Shown here piece by piece: positions 11,965-22,703 of a stretch of DNA of 45,002 nucleotides. The stretch's first letter is position 1. Every line of letters begins with the position of its first letter. The position numbers were made by a program, and so were the translations under genes. Below the pieces are notes generated by a model. The model did no database searches, was not told the DNA's origin, and saw nothing but the letters and a program-made list of their open reading frames with translations. Source of the stretch: Lenisia limosa (lineage: Eukaryota > Protista > Breviatea); the NCBI GenBank assembly GCA_001655205.1, contig LPNZ01006235.1, positions 1 through 45,002 of the forward strand, written 5' to 3'.

Positions 11965-14366
11965 CTACTGTGAGAAAGGAATATACAAAGAAACGACCGA
12001 AATATCAGCCCAGTATGATGAACTGCCAAGATTAGGGGATCCGCTTTGAGGGCTGAAGTAACCGCCGACGGTAATTGGGTTATCCGCAGAAATGGTCGTG
12101 ATTCTACAGTTATATAAGGCCAAGATGAAGGCAGTCCGGACCTGTTACAAACAGCCATTGGAAGAAGGGCACCGACAACACTCTGTGCATGTGACCTGTT
12201 AGGTGGCGCAGCGCCATTATACTACTTTGTGAGTTGAGAAAAGGAAATGCCTACGCTGATGCCATGGTAAGCCCAATTGCCATGCGGAAGAGTGATGGCG
12301 CTTGTCATGAAGGTTGTCAATATTCCAGGACTTTGAAAATGTGGGAACTTGTGTGACAGGAAGTTGACATTTGAACTAAATAGACAATCACAAAATAATT
12401 TGTACTTACAAAATTACACTGCTTTGGCGCTGAGTTGACATATACACACCCGTGTCAACAGGGAAAACAACCGCTTCCAAAAAGCGTTCTCCGGTGAAAG
12501 CCACACCCGTGATATCTCTTGAGAAGTAAATCCGACTAACCACCTCACCCCTTGGCAACAATCTTGATATCATGGGCGCCAGCAGCAAGCTTGACTGCAG
12601 TGTTAAGGTGTAAGGCTCCGCCAGGGGAGTCATGAGAGGCAACAGCAAAAGTCGCAACCTTAGTCTCTTCCGCTCCTTATGAAGTCAGCCATTGAAACAA
12701 GCCCACCATCAACCATCATCTTGATTCCAATATACTTTGTGCTTGGTACGTAGCTAACTGTTGTTGCCTGACTNNNNNNNNNNNNNNNNNNNNNNNNNNN
12801 NNNNNNNNNNNNNNNNNNNNNNNNNNNNNNNNNNNNNNNNNNNNNNNNNNNNNNNNNNNNNNNNNNNNNNNNNNNNNNNNNNNNNNNNNNNNNNNNNNNN
12901 NNNNNNNNNNNNNNNNNNNNNNNNNNNNNNNNNNNNNNNNNNNNNNNNNNNNNNNTAAAAGTACTAATCACGAACCAAATAATCTGAAACTCCAAACAAA
13001 CAAAAAAAAGCAATAACAAATACGAGCAACCAACGCTAAAGCTAGACAAACGCCAGATGACAAAAACACAAAAACAAAAACTAGCCCGCGGTAAAAATGG
13101 AAAATTCATATTTATTCAGCCTGTGTAAACATTATATATATTTATAAATAAAAAGGGGGTTCCAAATACAACATTTCGAGACAAGATAAAAGCATATCAT
13201 ATCATCTATGATAAATGACGGTGATGAAATATAATAACTACACCCAATAATAATACCTGAAGCAAGAGTGTGGTCAGCAAAAGCCTCGGATATTTGGTTG
13301 TACACCCCCCAGCTTGTTGGAACAGTAACTGCCAAGTTAGAACCACAATAAGACTCCTACTAATTTGGTAGAAGTTGCTACCCCACTGCTGTGACGAACC
13401 CGCGAAAGTGAAAGCGTAGTCTGTGAGCACTTTGGCCTGAGCTATGAGAAAGTGTTACAGCCTCACGTACTCTGACAATATGGGCACCTTTGCTCAGCTG
13501 TACAGATGCAGAGAGGCGAAGATTTCGATCTTCATTGTTGGTCTAAAGCAGTGAAAAAAGGTTGCATTTCGAAATTATCCCATCCAGCATACTCCATAAA
13601 CATGGGTCCGGTAGTTGACACCATCAATTTCCTAAAGGTAAATTAATAAACTCAGGACTGCCCTACAAGAGTAAACGTGGCAGTCTTGCCGTACGTGGTG
13701 GGGTAAAACGAGAAATCAAACGTGACCAAAGCAATCGACTCGGAGTCGACGGTGAAGTGGTGAGTGGCATCGTCAATGACCTTCTCAACTCCACCTGAAA
13801 GGTGACCCATGTACTAAGTACCAAATTTACTTCATTGAAGAAAAAAAATATATATATATACAACTTAGAACCACAGCGAACAAAGAGGACAAAATAGAAT
13901 GTCATTGTAATAATAGGGAAACACTGATCAAATTAAGGTGAAAATGTACTCATACTTGTTGCAACAAAGTTGGTTCCTCCAAAAAAGGACAAAAAACGTG
14001 CCTTATCGTTGCTCTAAAACGTCATAACTTTTCAAAGACAAGTACACAAACATCCCTCCAACCGCCGTGTTACTTTGAGCAGTGCGAAGCTCTCTAATGC
14101 TAGCTGCAACTGGTTCTAGAACAAGGTGATATGAACCAAATAAGAATAATTTGCGATAATCTTCACCACTTGATCTCACCTCCGTCAATAATGGAAACAC
14201 CTGATTGATCAAACTGGATGATGGAGTAACTCTTACAGATCCTGAACAGTCATCACAGGAATTCAGTGTTATCGGAGTAAATAAGAACCTGGTATTACTA
14301 TCTGATTCTTTCCAATATCTTTGTTTCTTCTTACAGAAGTAGAAGAATGGCTGTCAAAAAACGCAT
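11965..14366 (-). CDS. Secreted protein with signal peptide, short neck and 2-3 repeated beta-sandwich domains; function unknown
   Basis: Spliced N-terminus MRFLTAILLLLFLFTPITLNSCDDCSGSFDQSGVSIIDGEPVAASIRELR. Internal repeats LEIDGVNY...LSASVQLSKGAHIVRAQAK and MMVDGAEE...LNTAVKLAAGAHDIKIVAK. Ends WADISVVSLYIPFSQ*. Interrupted by an N-gap at ~12775-12955. Confidence 0.75.
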
Positions 14367-14611
14367 ATCTGAAGATTGGTTTTCACTTTTTTATGAATTT
14401 ATTATCCTTCCTTTCTCAACAGTTCTGACTCCTTCTTCGCATGCTTCCAACGTGCTTCCGCTCCCCCCCCCCTCCGTCAATAAACACACCGCGGGATGGT
14501 GCACTCCCCAGAATCTATTCCACTCTTCCCTCCTTCCAGCCCTCCAAGCCTTCTTTCCCCTTCTCCTCTCCTCCTTTATATTCAGCGCCGCAAGAGCATA
14601 TAATAATAAAA

Positions 14612-17600
14612 ATGGCAAGACGCAAAAAAAGGCAATCTCAGGTATACTTTTTTGGGGTATTCATGATCATATCTTTAGTTTGAAGAAGATGCCCCCTCTG
14701 GAGATGCTGAAGCGATGTTCTCCGCTGATATGGCTGAAAACAAATACGATGGGGAGGATGATGCTGAAGTAGGAATGACCAGCAAAGAAAAGCGTCGTTT
14801 GATGATGATGAAGAAGAATGCTGATAAGGAAAAAGGCAAAAAGAAGGGAGGTAAGAAAGGTAAAAAAGGCGGAGGAAGAAGTGATGATGACGAAACTCCT
14901 GGGTTCACTCCTGCTGCCAAGGTGACTGCAACAATGGAAGAAGAAGTTGACCTTGAGACAGTCTATGGGAAAGGACTCTGCAAACATTTCACTGCCATTG
15001 ATAAGGCGCAGTTTGAAAGGGTAGCACCGCAAAGCGGAGATTGGGGCAGCTGCTGCGTGGGGGGGGGGGGGNNNNNNNNNNNNNNNNNNNNNNNNNNNNN
15101 NNNNNNNNNNNNNNNNNNNNNNNNNNNNNNNNNNNNNNNNGGTTGTTCTGGTGAAATGCCTACTACCTCAGGAAAACGCAAAAAGGTGACGTATATAGAA
15201 TGATTTTCATGAATCTTTCTTTCCTGATATTGTTGTTTATCGTCGTTCTCATAATATTATCGTCGTTCTCATAGCATTACAAGTGCAGAAGAGCAAGGTT
15301 GTGTCCTCCCCTGACAAAGGAATGCCCTATGCCCTTTGCCTCCACTGCCTCGAAGTCTTCTGTCTACACCCATCTGATTTGATTGTGAGCACCTACTGGG
15401 GGGGTTAGGCTAGCAGGTGACAATACTGTGACATTGGGACTATTATCATATTTTGAGGTTGAACATGCACGTGAAAGAAGAGACACTCAGCTTTTGAATG
15501 AAAAGAGCAAGATTGAGGAAGCTGAGGAGAAGAGAGCCCAAAAAGAGGAGGCGCTCCTCCAGAAGAAGGTAGAACATGAAAAGAAACCTGGGTGCACGGT
15601 TACAATCCGTGACAAATCCATTGAACCTCCTGAAGAGTTTGACAATGAGCTTCTGGAAACTGGCGAAAAATGGGGTCAAGTGAGGGGGGGGGGCAATGGA
15701 ATTTTATCATATCCACGTTTTCAACTTGTTAACTACATAGGAAAATGAGTTAAGTGCGGACAATCATTGCCACCAGCACTTCAAGGACTCATTACACTGT
15801 GTTTACTTCTCGTTCCAACTCATGTCGAACGTGTAGGCGTTAGAGTCTCGGTAAGAGGCATATTAACGGTTTCAGGTGCCTTCGTTGCGACTGTTGCACC
15901 CCTGAACAACCAGAAAAACAGCTCTGGTCAAACCTCCTTGGTCGTGTCAACAAAGATGAGAAAAAGCGCATAGAATACTACAAATGTGGGCTTTTCTTAT
16001 TATTTAATTTCTACACCCATCTGATACTTGTTTTGATAGTCTTTTGGACTGTTGTTGTTGTTTTTTTTTTCTTTTCCTGTCAAGTCACACCAAAGACTTG
16101 ACAAGACCCCTTAACAAGAAGTTACACATCGTGGTTAAGAAGATCACGATACCACCAGTACCTACGGCACGTGCAAACCTTGTTGGCGATGAGCCAAAGG
16201 GGTTGGTTAATCTCACCAACACCTGCTATTTCAATGCTACAATGCAGGTTTGTTCAGACTCTTTTTCTGTTCGTCGATTTATTATTTGCATAAGGGCACA
16301 TCTTCTTGATGTAACAATTGCAGTGTTTGGCCCGCAGTGACCTGCTTTGGATTTCCAGGGCAGTGAGGTCCGAACAGAACCCTGACTGTGGGCCGACTCA
16401 GGGGATAGTTGATTCTTCGCTTTTACTTTTTCAATTAACCTTCAAATTCTCTTTTTTGTGAGTCACTGTTTTATTGACACTCTAGTTGTTCCCGAGCAAT
16501 GGGGAAACCTCAACAATGCAATGACGCTGTTTTCCAAAGCCATGCATGGAAACGAGGTATTTATTGAAGGAAGTACTGTTTTTACATGAGAGGAAGTTTT
16601 ATATTGGTCTCATTTTGCAGTTGATCCCCACTATCAGCCCTCCTGAAGCTTTCCGCGTTCCGGCCAAAATGACCACCATCAAGGCCAAGAAAAACTCCCC
16701 CGATAACCTTCTCAACCGCTTTGGACAAGCGTGAGGGGGAGGGCGATGTATTTAGTTCCCACAATTCGGTTATCTGTTTCATGATTCAGCCACAAGTCAT
16801 TCAACAACCGGCGGCAACATGACGCGCATGAGGCTGTCACGTGCATTGTCAACACCTTGGACGAGGAAGAGGAAATGTCCCGCAAGGACGCTGGACTGGA
16901 AAACGGTGCTACTTCATTTTTTCGGCCTGTCTGACAGATGTAGCAACACCGCTCATGTCTGCTTTGTCTCAAATTGAAATCACCACCGCTATCGTGTGCT
17001 CCCATTGCGGAAAGGTGAGATGTCTGTTAGATACTCAAGTATGATATGATATTGTATAACATACTAATACTATATGCATATACAGTCACCTGAATATATC
17101 CTCGGATAAAGTTATTCTTTTGGTTTCGAGCCTATTAAAACTATTTTAAAAATTATCAGCAAATTGAAGCTAGTATACCTCGTTTTTAGATTTTATTTTT
17201 TTCCTGGGGGTTCTGGCAGAAATAGCCATTTATTTTTCACGGACACAAAAAAAGCATGAAAAAAATCCCTTTTTACTTAAAATAATAAGATATATTGACC
17301 AATTAGTACTTTGTTGGACCGCCTTTGGCATCAATCACGGCTTGTACACGTCGGGGCATGGAGTCAATCTATAAACAAAGTTCCTTTTTGGTAATAGCAG
17401 CCCAGCCAGTTCGTAAGCACTTCATCATAGCAGTTTCAGAAGACGGACGGGCCTTTTTCTCCTCCAATTTGCGATCAAGCAGTCCCCAGCAGTGTTCAAT
17501 AGGATTAAGATCAGGGGATTGGGACGGCCATTCCAAAACAGAGTAATCAGCATGTTCAAAGTAGTCTTTAATCTAAAATGTAAATTAAGATGTTTCCATA

Positions 17601-20462
17601 CGTTAGCAGTGTGCAAGCAAGGCTCGTTCAGTGATGAATAGAGATGGGCTTTTCTGGTTGAAGTTACTTTGCTCGTCCAAGTTACCTGCTATTGTCTTTG
17701 TTGACTGTTTAGTTGTTGAAAAATAGCCTGGTCTAACGGTAAACCAGTACATTTAACAAGAGAGTTGCGAGCATATGGGGTCAAAATTTTACGACGATAA
17801 TCAACAGCTTTGTACCTTCCATTCATTTTGTGTAAGTCGCCAACACCTTGAGGACCAATAGCACCCCAAACCATCACATTACCACCTCCATGCTTGAACG
17901 TTGGAACAATATGCTTCCTTTTCAAGGCTTCGATTACACCTTTCTTGCGAACCACATACCGGGCTTTATTGGCACGGAACAGCTCATACTTGGACTCATC
18001 AGACCAACCAATTTTGTGCCAATTGGCAACGGTCCAGTGCTGACGAGCACGACACCATTCAAGACGATGCTGGCGGTTCTTTGCGTTAATTAGAGGCTTC
18101 TTGCGTGCTTTACAGGGAATATCCTTGTTCAGAGAGACGACTTAAAATGAGATCCACACACACAGACAACTCTTTTGTCTTCTGCAGAATGTCTTGGTGA
18201 CGGCTGACGGGCGTGAGGGGCTTCTTGAGGACTTGCTTTACAATGATAGCATCTTGTTCCTTGGTAGTGCTTCGTGGGCGACCAGGCCTCTTCTTAGTGA
18301 CGAGGCTGTGACCATTTTTTAGCCTTTTGCACCAATCCCACACCGTTGACACAGGTACAGTAGTACCCAAGCGTTTTAGAGCACGATGAATTTGAGTACT
18401 TGATAATCCTTCATGGTAGAGCTGTAAAACTCGACCTTTTACAATTAAATGATTGGCATTATTCATAGTAACTCAATAAAAGGGTTTAAAAAAGCAAAAA
18501 CAAGTCTTTAATATGTCTTGGGAACTTTAATTTTCGATTTTATTTGATTGTATACAAAGTGCAGTTAGTATATTGGAGTAAAAAGTTATTTTTTTTCGTG
18601 TCTTTTTTGTGCCCTTAAAAAATACATGGCTATTTTTGCCCGAACCCCCAGGAAAAAAATAAAATCTAAAAACGAGGTATACTAGCTTCAATTTGCTGCA
18701 AAAAAATAGTTTTAATAGGCTCGAAATCAAAAGAATAACTTTTTTAGAGGATATATTCATGTGACTGGGGCTGTTCAATATTTCCTCTCATTTTCCTTTC
18801 TGTAGGAATCCTGTAGCAAATACCCCTTCATGAACGTTTCGCTCGACATTCCAAGTGACATGTATGTTCAGCTATCACATCACAACTCTATTTGATTAAA
18901 CAATTCTGAAATCTGTTGCAATAAGAAAACGTGATGGAAGTTGTGAATACTTTTTCATACTTTGAAGACTCTTTTTACATTCAGTGTGGATTCCCCCGAG
19001 CAAGAGCGCCTTGAAATGGCCGTGATTTCTGCTAACAAAACTATGCCTGAAATTCCCCGCGAAACAACAGTCACATTGGAAACATGCTTTACTGTAAGTG
19101 CTTTAGAGATACACAGTTTTGACGTTGGCAGGCATTTGAGAAGTGGACCCTTTTGGAAGGAGGCAATGCCTACTTCTGCACCAGATGTAGTCTGTAGGCC
19201 CGGACATCCGGCTTCGTTCACTTTCACACCCAGGCCCCAAGGCTCTGAAACGCCACCAGTTGAGAAGCTGAAGATCGAAGAGACGCCGGGACTCCTTGGA
19301 GGAGCCGAGGATGATGACGAAGATGATGTTGAAATGGAGGTCCAGAGCGAGAGCGAGGATGAGGAGGTTGAAGTCGACGAGACCGGCGGCGAGTTTGACA
19401 TGGAGATTCATGTGCGTTTTTGGTCTCGAAATGAGTGTTTCTTTTGTATGAGTGCTCACAATTTAGGCCACGTCACAGCTTCCGCCCCAGGAAATGCCAT
19501 CCCCCACCAGCGCAGCCGCAGCCGATCTTCGCACCGCTATCATGCAACAACGGATATCCGCCACCTCACCCCTGCTGATTGTCAATCTCAAGGTCGGCTG
19601 GCTTACTGGCCTTTGAATAAAAGAAACTTGTTATGACGTAGTATCTATTATTTATTTCAACAATATGGAATAATATCATTAACTATTATAAAAAGAAATT
19701 CCTATTTACATTCCTTTCCATATCATTCTTTTTGGCGATGCAGCAGGTCTGTACATACTGTATGCGACTGTAATTCTGTAGCGTTTCACTATCAATGAGC
19801 GTGGGCGGTTCATGAAGGACGGCACCCGTGTTGTTTACCCCAAAACACTTAATATCTCTTCTGAACTAGTAGGCTATTCTGTAGCTTACCGTATTAACTC
19901 CCAGACTCAAGATGCCAAGCCCCTTGCTGACGATATCATGAGCTTCATTGAAAAGGAAACTGCCGTGATAAAACAAGAAACCTCCAATTCAGGAGAAACT
20001 GTTAGTTGAGTACTCGTGTCTCCGAAAATGGACGCACTTTTGACACTGTAGCTTGTCTACGACCTGTTTGGCATTGTGGTGCACAGCGGCTGCCTCGGCG
20101 GCGGACATTACGTGGCGTACACCCGCCAACTGCTCCCGTGGAACCAAACAGACAACATCCAACAGGGTACACAGGGGCGCTTTCATGAATACTCTTTTGC
20201 TTTTGCTTTTCAGATTTTGAATATATTTATTTCTTGGCTCACCTTCCAAGTTATTGAAGACACAGCAGCCTCCACAGACGTCAACCCTCAAAAAGACGGC
20301 TCACACTGGTTCTATTACTCCGATACCACTGTCGGCCGCGTGTCCGAAACCACGGTATGCGACTGTTCTGTAGATCTATTCAAACTCTTCAAATGGTCCT
20401 TTGTTATTCCACAGGCTTTGGCTAGTCAGGCCTACGTGTTGTACTACAGATTGAGAATGTAA
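14612..20462 (+). CDS. Ubiquitin-specific protease, USP16/USP45-like, with N-terminal ZnF-UBP
   Basis: Cys box GLVNLTNTCYFNATMQ, QHDAHE, IVCSHCGK...PFMNVSLDIP, PLLIVNLK..RF, His box VVHSGCLGGGHYVAY, WFYYSDTTV, AYVLYY. ZnF-UBP remnants CKHF, LCLHCLEVFC, HCHQHF..HCV, CLRCD. Confidence 0.92.
17083..17278 (+). repeat. Left terminal inverted repeat of the Tc1 element
   Basis: Reverse complement of 18577-18767, e.g. CAGCAAATTGAAGCTAGTATACCTCGTTTTTAGATTTTATTTTTT vs AAAAAATAAAATCTAAAAACGAGGTATACTAGCTTCAATTTGCTG. Confidence 0.9.
17303..18466 (-). pseudogene. Tc1-family DDE transposase pseudogene
   Basis: HTH region with GRPR; RKKP; WSDESK; KHGGGNVMVWGAI; WPSQSPDLNPIEH; SMPRRVQAVIDAKGGPTKY*. Lesions: a +1 frameshift near 18116, a disrupted FQQDN region near 17625-17715 and an in-frame TAG near 17370. 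Confidence 0.93.
18577..18767 (-). repeat. Right terminal inverted repeat of the Tc1 element
   Basis: Mirror of 17083-17278 with scattered mismatches. It is followed by GG rather than the TA target duplication. Confidence 0.9.
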
Positions 20463-20548
20463 TTCAGGGAATGGTAATGCATAATGTTGTTTTGATCCAC
20501 TCTGCTGCAAATATTTCACACATTATAAATACATAATCTAGTTTACAA

Positions 20549-22233
20549 TTATTTCAGACCTTGGAGATACGCAAGAGGGGGCTGAAGTGAATCAGAAAAT
20601 ATACATAATGAATTTTATAATAGATACCGATATACTATACAATCAATTATGTATAGTGTATGATATAATATATGTACATGCTATCATATGTATCCTCATC
20701 ATGATTGAGGGGAGGTGGACTCACTTGTGGTGGCCATACAAGCTCATCCTCCACTTCAAACTCAGTGGTTTTGTATACTATTGAGAGGAAATCTTGGGCC
20801 GTAAACAGGTCCTGCAGGTGTCATAACGGAAAGAATTAGGGAGAATCTTGCATAAAAGACAAACCTCGGACTCCAGAAGGGCAGATACCGCCGTTTCCTG
20901 GGGGACAAGCTCAGGCCGGGTTCTGCGGATAGTGTCCAACTCCGTTTTCAGCTCATGCTACGTGTGTTAACAAGCAGAGAGGGTAAAGTTGGTACCCAAA
21001 AAGACCCCACTTTCTCCAATTGGCTAAGATGGTGACCGAGTTTGCTGAGTTTGACCACCACAGATGACGCCTAAAGCGTCACAACAGCTGCAGCTAAAAG
21101 TATACCCAGTTCCTAATGCTTGAACTGTAGCACAAACACAAGCAAGGAGGCAGATAAAAAACAAGCTCACGAGATCAACCGTTTCCTCAGGGTCAGCATC
21201 GTAGTTATCAGAAAGGTGTGAGGGCTGAGCCACACGGGATGCCCACACCGGGAACATTCGATACGACGCATCATTGGTGATGCTCACCACCTGGTAAGAA
21301 GTAAGATGAACTATGCTTCAGCTAATTCCAAGGTTACAAGCCATTACCTTAGTTTCGGCCAACATGCCCTTCAAAGTCGGCTTCTCCAACTCTTGAAGAA
21401 CCCACTTCACAACACTTGGTATTGCCTTAAGTTGAATTAGGACAAAGTATATGTATTGGAGTGATTGGAGTAGAGGTAGGTAGGTATATCTCACTACTAA
21501 AAAAAAAAAAACACTTTCTTTACTGTATTCTCTACCTTTTATATGGATATGATCGAATTATTCAAAAAATATCGAATTTTAAAATGAAAATATGTTTTAA
21601 GAAAGTTCTTAATACATACTGTGAAGAAATTGTGTTAATTGATATCATTTTAGAGAGAAATGAATCTCCNNNNNNNNNNNNNNNNNNNNNNNNNNNNNNN
21701 NNNNNNNNNNNNNNNNNNNNNNNNNNNNNNNNNNNNNNNNNNNNNNNNNNNNNNNNNNNNNNNNNNNNNNNNNNNNNNNNNNNNNNNNNNNNNNNNNNNN
21801 NNNNNNNNNNNNNNNNNTTTCTGTGTCTCCTAAGAGTCATGAGTGTGCAGCCATAATTTAACCGTTACTCATAGATATATCATGCATTTCGTACAACTAT
21901 CCCCCTCCCCAAGGTTACCATGTAGTCCCTTGTAGAGCCTCTCAAAATGAGCTGAAATTATTATTCAAGACAAAACAAGAAATTTCATCCCCAAACCTTC
22001 AATCTCATTCAAACGTATTCCCAATCCTACATACCCCCAAGATCCTGTTTTGAGCCAATGATTTGTGGAGAAAGTGACGACACAATGATCATTCGAGTTA
22101 AGATATGGTTCTAAAGATGTGAAGAGGGCCACAAGAGGAACAGGGAATCCGAACACCACTACATCAGGCCCACCTTTCCCATCTTCTGGTTGTGGTCCAG
22201 CACCGCTGAGAGAAGTGAGGGTTGGGGCTCCAT
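20549..22233 (-). CDS. TEX47/DYBLUF/MOT7-like BLUF-fold protein (flagellar dynein-associated family)
   Basis: Spliced sequence MEPQPSLLSAVLDHNQKMGK|NHILTRMIIVSSL...DLGAHFERLYKGLHGNLGEGI...KVVSITNDASYRMFPVWASRV...KLSKLGHHLS...RPELVPQETAVSALLESE|DLFTAQDFLSIVYKTTEFEVEDELVWP. This resembles TEX47 as I recall it (LHRMFLVA, LGEAVTG, SHNIPMRLFMQW, PDLLLPEQ, SEVVWP). One expected exon probably lies in the gap at ~21670-21816. The 3' end is approximate. Confidence 0.72.
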
Positions 22234-22703
22234 TGTGCCCTGTAAAGTTCCTGTTTTCCCTTTTTTTTCTAACCCCTCCCGCTATTCTACTACAAAAAAC
22301 TTCTTCAAAGCAAACAATAAAAGGGGGTGACCAGGTGAGAAGGTGTGAGCCGTGTGAAGCGGAATTGGGGTTGCGTTAAATACCATGCCGCCGTAGTATC
22401 CAGCGACACGAAAAAAATGCGAAAAAATGCGAAACCAACTGAACCAACGAAAGAAGAGAGCAACAGAGAAACAGACTCGAAACAGAGAAGTGAGAAGTAC
22501 AAGAGCAGTCGTCTACTAAAGTCGGAAATCTGACGATCAAGAATGTTGTCAGTGTTCCCACTGCTTCTTGCTGCTATCAGCCTTTCCCATTGCCTTGAGT
22601 TAGTGGTAGTGGTTATAGTGGTTACCGAGTAGCTCATAAATTAATATGGAATATGGGGCAACCGATATGACCAAAAAACCCACTAAAGATTATTTCAATT
22701 ATT

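Larger units (their letters stand above)
17083..18767 (-). mobile_element. Tc1/mariner DNA transposon (defective) inside a USP intron
   Basis: Ends TA|CAGTCACCTGAATATATCCTC... and ...GAGGATATATTCATGTGACTG. Imperfect inverted repeats of ~190-195 bp enclose a transposase reading frame. The host intron runs from ~17015 to ~18806. Confidence 0.95.

Noticed and set aside
15237-15273. 17-bp direct repeat TTATCGTCGTTCTCATA, two copies
   Set aside because: It is a small intronic duplication at an acceptor site, too short and too few to be a functional array.
18962-19636. 224-aa plus-strand ORF as a separate gene
   Set aside because: It is part of the USP insertion region and reads through introns at both ends.
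22305-22637. 110-aa hydrophobic minus-strand ORF, first read as the anchor of a type II membrane glycosyltransferase
   Set aside because: The downstream exons resolve as a TEX47-like protein with its own ATG at 22233. This ORF has no splice link or homology support and is probably UTR or promoter sequence.
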